A stretch of DNA of 64,000 bases, from positions 1,600,001 through 1,664,000 of the forward strand of contig OY760183.1 in the NCBI GenBank assembly GCA_963663275.1, given 5' to 3'. Under the pieces are notes generated by a model, which was not told the DNA's origin, did no database searches, and saw only the letters and a program-made list of their open reading frames with translations. Within the stretch, counting starts at the first letter, position 1; the number at the start of each line of letters is the position of its first letter. Positions 29,727 through 43,425 of the stretch are shown piece after piece. The position numbers were made by a program, and so were the translations under genes. Origin of the DNA: Chloroflexota bacterium. Its GTDB lineage: Bacteria > Chloroflexota > UBA11872 > VXOZ01.

Positions 29727-30434
29727 GTGCGGAGCCTGGTTCACCACGTTTTCGACCTGCTGCTGCCGCAGCGTTGCGTGAGTTGCGGCGTCCTCGGCGA
29801 GAATCTTTGCCCTTCGTGCCTTGAGCGGATTGCCTTACTACCCACTCTGCGGTGTCCCCTGTGCGCCGCCGCCGTCTCCCGCAGCTATACGCTCTGCCGC
29901 GCGTGCCGGCGGACGTACCCGCGGCTGCGGGGCATCGTGGCGGTGGGCGCGTTCGGCGGCCCGCTGCGCCAGGCAATCCACCAGTTCAAGTACCGCGGCC
30001 GCACCAGCTTAGCGGGAGAATTGGGGGCGTTGCTGAGCCGCGCCATCGTGGAGGCTGAGATTCCGCCGTGCGCGGCAATCGCGCCGGTGCCGCTCCATCC
30101 CAAGCGGGAGGCGGCGCGGGGCTTCAACCAGGCCGCGCTGCTGGCACAGGAGGTCGGCGAACGCCTGCGCGCGCCCCTGGACCGCGACGGCATCGCGCGC
30201 GTGGTGGATACGCCGCCGCAGGTGGGGCTGTCGCGGGCGCAGCGCCTGCGCAACGTGGCCAACGCCTTCGCCGCGCGCCCCGGCGCGTTCAGCACAGGCG
30301 GCGTGCTGCTCGTCGACGACGTGGCCACTACCGGCGCGACCCTGGCAACGTGCGCCCGGTTCGCGGCGGGTGAGGGCGGTGCGCCTTGGGTGTGGGGCGC
30401 GGTGCTGGCGCGGGATACTAAGGAAGACGTGTGA
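29727..30434 (+). CDS. comF: ComF family protein (double zinc ribbon plus PRTase fold)
   Basis: Four CxxC pairs, PVPLH..R...RGFNQA, LLVDDVATTGAT. Confidence 0.92.
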   Translation: MRSLVHHVFDLLLPQRCVSCGVLGENLCPSCLERIALLPTLRCPLCAAAVSRSYTLCRACRRTYPRLRGIVAVGAFGGPLRQAIHQFKYRGRTSLAGELGALLSRAIVEAEIPPCAAIAPVPLHPKREAARGFNQAALLAQEVGERLRAPLDRDGIARVVDTPPQVGLSRAQRLRNVANAFAARPGAFSTGGVLLVDDVATTGATLATCARFAAGEGGAPWVWGAVLARDTKEDV

Positions 30435-30440
30435 AAAAGG

Positions 30441-30597
30441 CGCCGTCGAGCGCCGTCGAGCGCCGTCATCCGTTCACCCTTCGACGCGCTCAGGGCGAAC
30501 GGATGACGGCGCTCCGCGATTCAAAGGCGCTCATCCATTGGCAAGCGCAGGCCGAATGGGAGGACGACTAACGTAGCGCGGGGGCTTGTCCCCCGCC
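30441..30597. repeat. Family-F hairpin with 10-bp tandem of its outer arm, plus a family-B palindrome
   Basis: cgccgtcgag x2.7 running into gagcgccgtcatccgttc...gaacggatgacggcgctc; gtagcgcgggggcttgtccccc at 30573. Confidence 0.8.
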
Positions 30598-30788
30598 GGA
30601 GACAGGGATACGAAGACGCAGAGATTGACCCTAGGCCGGCGCAAGTTGCACACTTGCGCTATTCGCAGCAAAGACCCTTGGTGTGGCGCTGTACGATTGC
30701 AGTGGTGAGTTGGAGGGCCGTCAGCTTAAGTCTGCAACCTGCCACACGCCTGTCAATAGATGCCGGGATTCCTTTGCAACAGGCTGGC

Positions 30789-31064
30789 TTACTCCTCGTC
30801 TTGCTTCTTGCTGGCATGCATGATGTAGCCTTCGAGACGTGCTACATCGGCTTTAGTAGCGAAGGTCTCTAGCCGACATTCAATGCGGGCTATATTCCCT
30901 TCAATACGAGCCACATCGTCTTTGGTAGCAAAACTCGTCAATAGACCTTCAATACGAGACACGCGGTCGGAGAAACTGGAAAACCTTGCCTCAACCCGCC
31001 AGAGCAAGCCTAGCCCAATGAGAATGACCGTGGCGATCGTCGCGTAGTCGGTGTTGAATTCCAC
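30789..31064 (-). CDS. Small TM-anchored coiled-coil protein (FATKxDVARxEG repeats)
   Basis: GTG start with a GAAAGGA RBS; N-terminal TM; internal repeat; visibly lower GC. Confidence 0.65.
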   Translation of the reverse strand: MEFNTDYATIATVILIGLGLLWRVEARFSSFSDRVSRIEGLLTSFATKDDVARIEGNIARIECRLETFATKADVARLEGYIMHASKKQDEE

Positions 31065-31278
31065 TTCGATTTTCCTTTCATACCCACAGTGCCGCACCTA
31101 TCCATCTACGGAACAGGATTCCCTTATCTACATAATAAACTATGCCTGCTACAGTCGTGCCCCTGGCTTGTGAGCAAAACCCTGAGTTTGGTAGATTTGT
31201 CAAGCAAGAGACCAAGAGGAAGACTGACAATCTTTGCTGGCCACTACGCTCATTGACCTCTTCAAGTGTGAAATCTGT

Positions 31279-31665
31279 TCAATGAGCACAGCCCAGCGCG
31301 CCTAGCGCACAATCCGCCAGCTCATACACCGTGACCGGCAGCCTGAGAACATGGTTGACGCCGTGCCAGTCGGAGCGGGTGCGGGTGCGCGGTTCGACGA
31401 GCAGGACGATGGCCAGCGGCAGGCGGGACGCGGCTTTGAGGCGGGCGCACTCCTCGTAGACGTCCGGATAGATGAACGCTTCGTCCAGCACCAGCACGCG
31501 GGCGCTCCCCGGCGCGTCTGCCGTCTCCGCCGCCAGCAGCCGCGTCAAGTCTTCCAGGTCGCGGGTCGTACGGACAGCCGCGCCGCGAGCGCGCAGTTCC
31601 GCTGTGAGCCTCGTCCGCAAGCGCGGATTGGCGATAGCGACGACTAAGGCAGGTAGTTCCGGCAT
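31279..31665 (-). CDS. Atypical stand-alone receiver (CheY-like) domain protein
   Basis: Alternating beta/alpha pattern, VLVLD, IVLL, VLRLPV..EL; 16 bp downstream of the VWA gene. Confidence 0.6.
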   Translation of the reverse strand: MPELPALVVAIANPRLRTRLTAELRARGAAVRTTRDLEDLTRLLAAETADAPGSARVLVLDEAFIYPDVYEECARLKAASRLPLAIVLLVEPRTRTRSDWHGVNHVLRLPVTVYELADCALGALGCAH

Positions 31666-31681
31666 GCTCCGGCGCTCACAT

Positions 31682-34417
31682 CTACCGCCGTCCCGGCACG
31701 CGCCGCCGCAGCCATCGCGGCAGGCGGGCGCGCCAACGGGACTGAGCGATCATGCGCACCGGCGCGCGGGCCTGGCGCGGAATGGGTATGCGCGGCCGGG
31801 GCAGGCGCGCGGAACGCACGAGCGCGCCAAAGACGCCCAGTTCGTACCACGTAAAGCGGAGGCGGCGCACGCCAATATCGGCCACGAAGAGCAGCAGGGC
31901 GATCACGACCAGCGGCTGCCAGAAGGGACGGTTGTAGCCTTCCGGCGGCGGACGGTCGTGGCGAAAGGCCTCCGCCGCGTCGGTCAGCGCCTGGCCGCCG
32001 GTTGCCGCCGCCAGCCGCCGCAGGAGGCGATAATTGGTCTCGAAACTCAGGAATTCGGCCGCCACCGGCACCACCGCGCCGGTGATTTGCTCCACCACGG
32101 GCGTATCGCCGTCATACTGGGTGATGCGCAGGGCGTAGACGCCGGCCTTATCGGTGGTCAGCGTGCCGCCGTACCGTCCCGGCGCGGTCTGGGGCAACGT
32201 GAGCGAGAACGCGCGCTGTTCCGGTCCGGCCACCTCCACCCGCGTATCGAGCAAGTTGCGGACGTTGCCCTGGTCGTCCACCGAATCTACCGCGAGCGTT
32301 ACCTCGCTGCCGTCCACGCGCACCTGCGTCGCCAGTTGCGGGTTGAGGGGGCTTGGCATGGTCCAGCGCACCATTTGCGCCCAGAAGCGTTGATTGTCTG
32401 GCCACTCGCCCCAATCCGCCGCCCAGTCCTGTCCCGCGTCGCTGGTCCACGCCACGGAGCGGCCCAGCCCGTACTGCCACTGGGCCAGGATGACCTCGCT
32501 GGTGTCGGAGAGCAGGGGCGTTTCCGCGGCCGGTTTCGCCTCCGTGCGCACGAACGCCGAGAGATTGGGCAGGGAATCCGGCAGGATGGCGCGCAGGATC
32601 GGGCTGGCCGCCACCACCTGCGGCTGGAAGAGGCGGCTCATGATGAGCGAGCGGCTGGCGCGTTGGCTCTCTTTCGTTACCACCTGGGGGATATTCTCCG
32701 GCACGTCGGCGTAGTAGTAGCGGCCGTCGCCCTGCCGCACCAGCCGCTGCAAGAGGTTTTGGTCGGCGTCGGCGCCCACCGCCACCGCCGAGAGGGTGAT
32801 GTGGTCGCGCCTCATGCGGGTCATCAAGGTTTCCCAGAGGCCGGGCGCGGAGGTTGACTGGCCGTCGGTGACCAGGATGATGTGCTTCACCTGGGCCGGG
32901 GTGCGGCGGAGCGTATCGTAGGCCAGTTGCAGGGCATTGTAGATGTCGGTGCCGCCGCCGGCCTCGATGGTAGAGACGCGCCGCACCACGTTGCGGGCGT
33001 CCTCGGCGTCGTTCACCGGCGCGGGGCGCACCACCCACTGGGGCGTGTACTCGAACGCCAACACGCCCAGCACGTCACCGGCCTGGAGAATCTCCACCGC
33101 CTGCGCCGCCGCCTCCCGCGCCATGGCGATCTTCGATACCGGAGCACCCTCGTTCATGCTGCCCGACTTGTCGATGAGCAGCGCCAGCGCCAGGGTGGGC
33201 AACTCTTCGTGGTCCGGCGGCTGCGAGATGACCGGCAACGCGCGTTCCAGGGGCGTGCCGCCGTAGTCGCCCATGCCGAACGAGGCCGCGCCGCCCAGCG
33301 CGACCAGGCCGCCGCCAAGGCGTTGCACGTAGGTTTGCAGCGCAGCCATCTGCTGGTCGGTGAGCAAGGAGGCCGGCACGTTCACCAGCACCACGCTGGA
33401 GACGCCGTCCAGGTCTTCCGGGCGCGCCGGAAGCTGGGCCGGCGTGACGTTCTGGGCCTGGATGCCGGCCGCCTGGAGCGCCTGGGTGAGAATGAGCGCG
33501 TCCCCGGTGACGCTCTCCACCACCAGCACCTCGCCCTTCGGCCCCACCTGGGAATAGCCGTAGGCGTCGTTGTTCTGCGGACGCTGGTCGTCGGGCGCTA
33601 CCACCTGGGCGCGGAAAGAGTAGAACCCCTCTTCCAGGCCGGGCTGCTGGATGGTGAAGGCGTTTTGCCCGTATTCGAGATTGACCGGCCCCTCGCTGAC
33701 GAGGGTCTCGTTCATGAACAGGCGCAGTACCGCTTCACCGCGCAGCGTGGAGGTCACCGCGACCCGCACCTCGAAACTCGCATCCGCGCGCAGGGCCGGC
33801 GGCGGCGCCACCTCGGTCACGGCGGCGTCCACGCCCGGCTCGGCCAGGAGCGGCACCACGTCCACCTGCACGCCCTGGGCCGCGACCACCTCCGCGGCGC
33901 GCATCACGTCGCCGGCCGTTTGGTTGCCGTCGGAGAGCAGCACGATGCGTTGCGGCGCGTCTGGCGGGAAGAATGAGGCGGCCATCTGCAGCGCGTTGGC
34001 GATGTTGGTGCGTTCGTCGCCGCCCGCGGGCGGTTCGCCTTCGTCCGGCGCGCCGCGGCCGAACGGCTGCTCGATGCGGGTTTCCGCGCCGAAGGTCAGG
34101 AGCGCGTATGCGTCATCCGGCGCGCGGGCATCGACCGCTCTTTCGATCCACTGGCGCGCGGCGGCCTGGGTTGCCGGGGGCACGCTGGCGGAAGTATCGA
34201 GCAGAAAGATCGTATTGACCGGTCCGCCCGGCAGCGGCAGCCGCAATCCGGCCAGCGCGGCGATGAGCAGCGCGACCGCCAGCAGGCGCAGCGTTGTGGC
34301 CAGCGCCAGCGTGCGCCGCGAAAGCTGCATCACGCCCCGCCAGGCAATGAGAATGACAAAGACCCAGGCGAGCGGGATCAGGAGCAGCAGCCACGGTTGT
34401 GTGAAGTATGCAAGCAT
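31682..34417 (-). CDS. Membrane protein with two VWA domains and a glutamine-amidotransferase-like domain
   Basis: MIDAS DTSAS and DKSGS, LLSDG/LVTDG, GGGLVALGG..SFG.GDY, QYGLGRSVAWTSD. Confidence 0.88.
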   Translation of the reverse strand: MLAYFTQPWLLLLIPLAWVFVILIAWRGVMQLSRRTLALATTLRLLAVALLIAALAGLRLPLPGGPVNTIFLLDTSASVPPATQAAARQWIERAVDARAPDDAYALLTFGAETRIEQPFGRGAPDEGEPPAGGDERTNIANALQMAASFFPPDAPQRIVLLSDGNQTAGDVMRAAEVVAAQGVQVDVVPLLAEPGVDAAVTEVAPPPALRADASFEVRVAVTSTLRGEAVLRLFMNETLVSEGPVNLEYGQNAFTIQQPGLEEGFYSFRAQVVAPDDQRPQNNDAYGYSQVGPKGEVLVVESVTGDALILTQALQAAGIQAQNVTPAQLPARPEDLDGVSSVVLVNVPASLLTDQQMAALQTYVQRLGGGLVALGGAASFGMGDYGGTPLERALPVISQPPDHEELPTLALALLIDKSGSMNEGAPVSKIAMAREAAAQAVEILQAGDVLGVLAFEYTPQWVVRPAPVNDAEDARNVVRRVSTIEAGGGTDIYNALQLAYDTLRRTPAQVKHIILVTDGQSTSAPGLWETLMTRMRRDHITLSAVAVGADADQNLLQRLVRQGDGRYYYADVPENIPQVVTKESQRASRSLIMSRLFQPQVVAASPILRAILPDSLPNLSAFVRTEAKPAAETPLLSDTSEVILAQWQYGLGRSVAWTSDAGQDWAADWGEWPDNQRFWAQMVRWTMPSPLNPQLATQVRVDGSEVTLAVDSVDDQGNVRNLLDTRVEVAGPEQRAFSLTLPQTAPGRYGGTLTTDKAGVYALRITQYDGDTPVVEQITGAVVPVAAEFLSFETNYRLLRRLAAATGGQALTDAAEAFRHDRPPPEGYNRPFWQPLVVIALLLFVADIGVRRLRFTWYELGVFGALVRSARLPRPRIPIPRQARAPVRMIAQSRWRARLPRWLRRRVPGRR

Positions 34418-34419
34418 CG

Positions 34420-36285
34420 CTAGGTGCGCACGCGGTGGTACCAGACCCACTCGAAGAGCAGGAGAATGAGCGCGAACAGCGCAAGGAACCACCAGAATTC
34501 CTGGAAGACGGGCAATTCCACCGGCGGCACGGCGGCCTCGCCGCCGGCAAGCGCGGGCAATTGCGCCCCCACGTTGGCTTCCGCGCCCGCGGCGAGCCCG
34601 GCAGTCTCCTGGAGGCTAACGATGAAGATCTCGCGGTAGATCTCCTGCTCTCCCGCGTAGTGCGCCACCTGGTAAACGCCCAGTTCCTCCGTGGCGGAGA
34701 AGGGGATGCGCTGGCGGCCCGCGAAGGCAACGCGCCCGCCGCCCGGCTGTTCCACCACCAGGCGGTCGGCATGGGGATGCAATCCAAGCTCGATTACGTC
34801 CTGCGGCTGCGCGTGGGCGACCGTCTCCTGAATGCGGTACGGGTTGAGCCACTGGTAGACGTTTCCCATCAGCACCGGAAAGGCGGTGCGCAGCGGCAGG
34901 TTGCTCCGCAGCAGCGAGAATGAGAAGACCACCATGCGCCGCCCGTCGAGCGTGCCGCTGAAGAGCAGCGGGCCGCGATTGCTGCCGATAAGTTCGTCCG
35001 CCCAGGGCGGCAGTTCCAGGCGCTGGGCGCGGGAGACGCGCAGGTCGCGGAGGTCCACGAACCGCATGAGGTCGTGCTCCTGCGCCACGAACGCCACCGG
35101 CGGCTCCATGATTTCGCCGGTCACCGGCAGGAACGGAGCGCCGGCCGGCGGGTCGAAGATGAGCCAGTTGCCGGGCGGCAGCGCGTCCGGCAGCCAGCCG
35201 TCGAAGATGTAGAGGTCGTAGACGTCCGCAGGCCGGTACTCCGCCGGCAGCGCGTGGTCAAGCGCGAGAAAGGGAAACGACGCCAGCGCCGTGCTGAGGA
35301 AGAAGGGCGTGTCCGAGACCAGCAGCGCGCGCAGCACCGGCGGCGGGGTGAGGATGGCCGCGGCGCGGTCGTCCGCCGCCAGCGCGTCCTCGTGGTCCAG
35401 CGCGGCGTCGACGCGAGCGGTTCCGGCGGGAAAGTCGCCAAAGACGACGTCCAGCGAGGAGCCCGGCTGCGGATAGGGCGCAAGAGTGATCTTGCGCCGC
35501 TCCAGCGGCTGGCCGTCCGCCAGAATCGCCAAGGGCACGGTGGCGGGCTGGGCGCTGTAGTTTTGGACCTGCACAAAGGCCTGGAGGCTATCCAGGTGGC
35601 GGCGGACGGCGAAGGCACTGATGCCTTGGTTATTCGCCGGCGCGCCTACCCGCGCGAAACGCACCGTGGCGTTGAGCGACCCGGGGATGGTGGGCGCGCC
35701 AAAACTGCCGTCGGTGTAGAGGAAGACCTCGCTGCCGGGCAGGGCGTCGGCCAGCGAGACCGCCAGTTGCAGGGCGCGATCCGTATCGCCCACGGCGGCG
35801 GTCTGGGTGATGCTCTCGATGGCGGCGCGGGCCTCCTCCAGCGATCGCGTCTGGTAGACGAGCACGGCGGGCTGGTTGCCGAAACTCATCACGGTGAGCC
35901 GGTCGCCCGGCTCTCTGAGCGCCGCCTGCGCCAGCGCGGCGGCCTTGGCCTCTTCCAGCCGCGTGGAGTCGCCGAAGGCCACGCTCATGCTCGCCGAGGC
36001 GTCGATCACGTGCACCACGTGGCGCTGGGGCAGCGTATCGGCCGTGCGCTCCGGGCGCGCCAGCACCAAGGCGAGTAAGAGCACGGCGAGGAGTTGCAGG
36101 AGGAGCAGCAGGTGGCGCCGCAGCCGTTGCCAGAGGGTGAGCGCCTGCTCGCGCTGCGCCAGGTCGCGCCAGAGGAATACGCTGGGCACCTCCACGCGCA
36201 GGCTGCGCGGGCGCAGAATGTAGAAGAGCAACACCAGCCCGGCCAGCGCCGCCCACGCCAGGGCCAGAGGTACCAGCAGACTCAT
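34420..36285 (-). CDS. BatA/VWA domain membrane protein
   Basis: N-terminal BatA double TM (LFYILR..VPSVFLW...LLLLLQLL..LARP), VIDASASM MIDAS, C-terminal TM LLFEW. Confidence 0.88.
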   Translation of the reverse strand: MSLLVPLALAWAALAGLVLLFYILRPRSLRVEVPSVFLWRDLAQREQALTLWQRLRRHLLLLLQLLAVLLLALVLARPERTADTLPQRHVVHVIDASASMSVAFGDSTRLEEAKAAALAQAALREPGDRLTVMSFGNQPAVLVYQTRSLEEARAAIESITQTAAVGDTDRALQLAVSLADALPGSEVFLYTDGSFGAPTIPGSLNATVRFARVGAPANNQGISAFAVRRHLDSLQAFVQVQNYSAQPATVPLAILADGQPLERRKITLAPYPQPGSSLDVVFGDFPAGTARVDAALDHEDALAADDRAAAILTPPPVLRALLVSDTPFFLSTALASFPFLALDHALPAEYRPADVYDLYIFDGWLPDALPPGNWLIFDPPAGAPFLPVTGEIMEPPVAFVAQEHDLMRFVDLRDLRVSRAQRLELPPWADELIGSNRGPLLFSGTLDGRRMVVFSFSLLRSNLPLRTAFPVLMGNVYQWLNPYRIQETVAHAQPQDVIELGLHPHADRLVVEQPGGGRVAFAGRQRIPFSATEELGVYQVAHYAGEQEIYREIFIVSLQETAGLAAGAEANVGAQLPALAGGEAAVPPVELPVFQEFWWFLALFALILLLFEWVWYHRVRT

Positions 36286-37165
36286 AGCACCACTCTCCGC
36301 AGCAACCGCTGGAACACCACCTCTTCCAGCGGCCACGAGGTTTCCAGGCGCACGTAGCGCGCGTTGCGCCGCCCGCAGAAGGTCTCAAGCTGGTCCGCCC
36401 AGGCGAGGGCGTGCTCGCGGTACTGGTTCAGGGTTTCCGCGTCCGCGGCCACGTTGATGCTCCGGCCGGTTTCCCGGTCAACCAAGCTCAACTCGCCGCT
36501 CAGTTGCGGGTTGATCTCCGCCCAATCGAGCACGTGGAGCAGGACGAGTTCGTGTCCGGCCTCTTGAATGGCCGTGATGCCCCGGTAGGCGTCCTCGGTC
36601 ATCATGTCCGAAATCAGAATTACCAGGCCGCGCTGGGCGTTGCGGGCGGTGTAGTGGCGCATGGCCGCCACCAGGGAGGTGGCGCCGCCGACCGATTCCG
36701 CCTGCTCCAGAAAGTCGAAGTAGCGCAGGATGAAGGCGCGCCCCTGGGCCGGGGCGAAATACTGCTCGATCGTCTCGCTGAAGACCGCCGTGGAGAGCAC
36801 GTCGTCGCGGTTGAGCGCGATGTAACCCAGGCTGCCGGCCAGGGACTTGGCGTACCTGAATTTGTTCTGCCGTCCCCAATCCATCGAGCGGCTGCCGTCC
36901 ACCAGCACGTGCACGGCCAGGTGCTCTTCGGCTTCGCGCAGCTTGATATACAGGCGGTTGGAGCGGCCAAAGACGTTCCAGTCCACGTGGCGGAAGTCGT
37001 CGCCGGGGCTGTAGTTGCGGTAGTCGGCGAATTCGATCGAAGAGCCGAACTGGCGGCTGCGCCGCCCGCCGCCGCTGACCATGCCGTAGCCGCGCCGGCT
37101 GATCAGTTGCAGGCGATCCAGCCGCCGCAGGAAGGCGTGGTCGATCAGGGCCGAGGGACTCGGCT

Positions 37166-37169
<4 letters not shown>
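36282..37169 (-). CDS. DUF58 domain protein
   Basis: GSSIEFADYRNYSPGDDFRHVDWNVFGR, VDGSRSM, ILISD. Confidence 0.92.
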
Positions 37170-38163
<994 letters not shown>

Positions 38164-38167
<4 letters not shown>

Positions 38168-39876
38168 GGTGCTTGCTCCAGGGCGTTTGAGAGGGCGTTG
38201 AAGTACTGTTGGACGTAGTCGGCGACGGTCCAGGGCACGAAGTGGCTGGCGCCGCCGGTGGAGACGATGGCGTTGCCGGCGTCGGTCACGCCGAATTGTG
38301 CGGGCGCCGCGCCCGCGCCGGGCACGGCCACCGGCGCGCGCTGCGGCGACCAGCGCGACGGGCCGACGCCTCTATCCGCCAGCACCACCGAGGGCTTCTG
38401 TTCGACCTGCAAGCGCGGCGCTTCCGGGCCCGGCTGGAACGACTCCTCGCCGGTGTTGCCGCCGCCCTGGCTGGGGCCGCCGCCGGGGGCGGACTGGAGT
38501 TGCCAGGAGTCCTGCCGCCGCGACGGCCCGGACTGCTCCGTCACGCCGGCGGTATTGAAGGCTTGTTGCGATTGCGCGCTTTGCTGCTCTCCGCCCGTTT
38601 GCGCCCCCGCTTCCTCGCCGCCGGCGCCGGCGCGCAGTTGCTCCGCCTGCGCCTCGAGTTGCTGCTGCGTGCGGATGCGCTCGCCGCGCTCTTGAATGGC
38701 GTCACCAAGTTCCTGCAACTCACGCTGCGTCTCCCGGTCGTTGTAGGAAGCGACCTCGCGGCTCACGTCCGCCAGTTCCTGCGCCAGGCGCGGATCCACC
38801 GCCTCGGCGCGCTCGGCGGCTTTGGTGAAGGCTTCGGTCATGTCGTTGCGGTCCTCGCGGGAGAGGTCGCGCACGTTTTGCGCCAACTGTTCCAGGGCCT
38901 GCGCCGCCTGCTCGTAGTTGCCCTGTTGCAGGTTCTGCCCGGCGCTGCGGGAGGGCCGCGCCTGTGAGAGCTCGCGTCCTACCTCCGCCAGGGCGGTTTC
39001 CTGCTGGTTGACGTGGGGATTGCGCGCTTCCTCCAACTGTTGGGCAAGGTCGGATAGACCCGCCTCGCCTTGCCCGCGCTCACCGGACTCTTCCTCTTCC
39101 CCCGCCTGGCCTTGCTGCCCGGCGTTCTGTGGTTGCGTGCCGTCGGCCTGGGTCAGCAGGGGCTGGGTCTGCTCGGGTTGCGTCGGGTCCTGCGCCGCCG
39201 GTTCGGCAAGTTCCCCGGCGGCCGCCGGGCTCTGCGTCTCTTCTCCCACCACCAGCGCGTCGGGCGGCGTGGGTTCGAGCAGCGTGCCCTCGCGCGCGGC
39301 CGCCACCTGGTGCGCCAGGGGCGCGAGCGGCGCGAACTGGCCGGCCATGTAGGGGAAGATTTCCCAGAAGAAGAGCGCCGACAACGACACGAACAGCAGC
39401 AGCGTGTCCCACTGCGTCAGGCGCAAGGGGAACGCCCGCCTGGGTTCGATGTCCGCCGCGTGGCGCGTTGCGTCGGCCAGGAGCGCCGCGCGGAACGGGC
39501 TGGGGGGAGTAAGCCCCAGCACCTCGACCGCCGAGGCCAGGCGCTCGGACAAGGCCAGGCGGGCGTCGTAGGCTTTAGCGACGTCCAGCGCGCTCCGCCG
39601 CCGCAAGAGGGTGGGCGCGAGCACTACCGCGAAGACGCCGGCCGCCAGCAGCAGGCTGACGGAAAAGATGGGGAATTGCGGCGCGAGCAGCGAGCCGACC
39701 AACGAGAGGGATACGTAGAGCAGCGACGCTATCCACAACGCCCGCGCTCCCCGCAGCAGCACGGCGCGCAGCCGCAGCCGCCGGCCAAACCGCATAATGC
39801 GGTCTACGTACAAGGCCGCCGCGGCGTCGCCCTGCCCGGAGAGTTCAGCAGTTGCTGTGTTCGACGAGGTCGCCAC
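38164..39876 (-). CDS. Hypothetical membrane protein with a long Gln/Glu-rich coiled-coil tail (MoxR-operon associated)
   Basis: Three N-terminal TMs, D.RL.L.ERL.SA motif, C-terminal YVQQYF; ATGA overlap with moxR. Confidence 0.75.
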
Positions 39877-40083
39877 GCTGATTGCCGCTTCCTAAGCCCC
39901 GGCGGCGACTTCACCGAAGAGGCCGACTTTACCGCGGGCGGCGGGTTCACCCATTGGCGGCTGCATGGATTCATTGCCCCCAGAACGCGGCGTCCGCGAC
40001 GCAATCCGGCAGCCCCCAGGCGCGCCCGCGCGCGCCAAACTCGTGTGGAAACGCAGCCTGCCCCCGGTCTGCTCCTTGCTACA

Positions 40084-40112
40084 ATCTTACCTGACAGCCG
40101 CACACCCGTAAA
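40084..40112 (-). promoter_or_regulatory. Possible promoter of the MoxR operon
   Basis: Minus strand TTTACG, 17 bp, TAAGAT. Confidence 0.45.
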
Positions 40113-40161
40113 CGCAGCCGGAGTTATCGGCACGAGACGCGGCGCCTTTGCAGGGCTGCTC

Positions 40162-40285
40162 TGTCATTCCGAGCGCAGCGCAGCGGAGAGAGGAATCTAG
40201 CGCTCGCTGCCAGAACGTCGGTTCTAGATTCCTCGCTCCGCTCGGAATGACATGAAATCTAGTTGGAATGACGTGAAACCTAGCC
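40162..40285. repeat. Family-C inverted pair with a 21-bp duplication of the outer arm
   Basis: tgtcattccgagcg...ggaatctag / ctagattcc...ggaatgaca; ggaatgac.tgaaa.ctag at 40244 and 40265. Confidence 0.8.
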
Positions 40286-40333
40286 CGATGGAGAGGTCAG
40301 CTCTGGATCTGCTTATTGCCAACGCGGCGGTGA

Positions 40334-40362
40334 TTGAAGCGCCTGATACGCTATGCTACTAT
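40334..40362 (+). promoter_or_regulatory. Probable acs promoter
   Basis: TTGAAG, 17 bp, TACTAT with a TG extension. Confidence 0.5.
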
Positions 40363-40425
40363 GGCACCCAAATACCCGCCTACCGTAGCAAGCGACTATT
40401 GCTGTGCCGATTGCAGGAGGACACG

Positions 40426-42387
<1,962 letters not shown>

Positions 42388-42444
42388 GGAGGCTACCCGG
42401 AGGGGAGTCTGGATTACGAAGCGGGAAGTGCCAGGAACGAAAGC

Positions 42445-42479
42445 GGCGGGCTCTGCGGTTGACGACCGCAGGGCCCGCC
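42445..42479. terminator. GC-rich hairpin between the convergent acs and hxlR-like genes
   Basis: ggcgggctctgcggt-tgacg-accgcagggcccgcc. Confidence 0.55.
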
Positions 42480-42540
42480 AATGTCCCTTAACGAAAGAAA
42501 CCTCCACCGCGTCAACAAACGGGAGAGGTTTCCCCTTCTC

Positions 42541-42774
42541 GGAGGCGGGGGACAAGCCCCAATGCTGTCGCATTAAACACAATGAGAGTGAAAACAACGC
42601 TCGTTTCTCCGGTAGCGCAGGTTTGTAACCTGCGTCTTCCGTAGGGTCAATCCATTTCGTTCTCACTTTGCTTGCTCCGGCGGGGGACAAGCCCCCGCGC
42701 TACGTTTACGCGACAGCATTGGGGACAAGCCCCCGCGCTACGTGTCTTGGATTCCTCGCTGCGCTCGGAATGAC
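42541..42774. repeat. Mosaic of REP-like families B, E and C
   Basis: ggggacaagcccc three times, ggtagcgcaggtttgtaacctgcg, gattcctcgctgcgctcggaatgac. Confidence 0.8.
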
Positions 42775-42811
42775 TCTTGGCCGGTCTATCGTGCCGGGTA
42801 TTGCTTGGCGG

Positions 42812-43186
42812 CTACTTTACGGCTACCGCTACCCGCTCCGCCGCCACCGGCTCTTCCTCGCCGGGATTGAGCCACCGCTCGCCGTACTCGCGCATCATTT
42901 CCAGCACCGGCACCAGCGCGCTGCCTTTTTCGGTGAGGGCGTATTCCACGCGCGGCGGGATTTCGGCGTAGGCGCGGCGGGTGATGATCTCTTCTTCTTC
43001 CAGCGTGCGGAGGCGTTCCACAAGCGTATTGGGGCTGATGCCTTCCAGGGAGCGTTCCAAGGTGCAGAAGCGCTGGGGGCTGGCGGCAAGGTCGCGCAGG
43101 ATCAGCAGCGTCCAGCGACCGCAAATCAACGAGGCGGTGCGCGCAATCGCGCACTCGACTTCCTTATCCGAACAGCGAGTGGACAT
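42812..43186 (-). CDS. HxlR family winged-helix transcriptional regulator
   Basis: C.IA....ICGRWTLLILRDL, GISPNTLVERLRTLE, PPRVEYALTEKG. Confidence 0.93.
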   Translation of the reverse strand: MSTRCSDKEVECAIARTASLICGRWTLLILRDLAASPQRFCTLERSLEGISPNTLVERLRTLEEEEIITRRAYAEIPPRVEYALTEKGSALVPVLEMMREYGERWLNPGEEEPVAAERVAVAVK

Positions 43187-43425
43187 GGCAACCTCTGCAC
43201 TCCGCTGCGGGCGGAATCGCCCACCTTGCACTCGCGCCACTTGATTCGATTGTAGCGCAGCCCTGGCGCTACGGTCAAACCGAACGCGCGCTTTCTCTAT
43301 TGCCAATTGTGCTTAAAAGCGTATCAATCCGCTCCATGCCGCCACGCGCGCCCGCGTCCCTGTTGACGACTATGCCCTCCATACGATATAAGAAGTCGCA
43401 GTACCGAAAGGATGTTGAGTTCGCT

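Noticed and set aside
40252-40425. N-terminal extensions in the ORF track (acs, sufC, hxlR-like, secG, phosphoesterase, VWA genes)
   Set aside because: Downstream starts have better RBSs or operon coupling and match family N-termini
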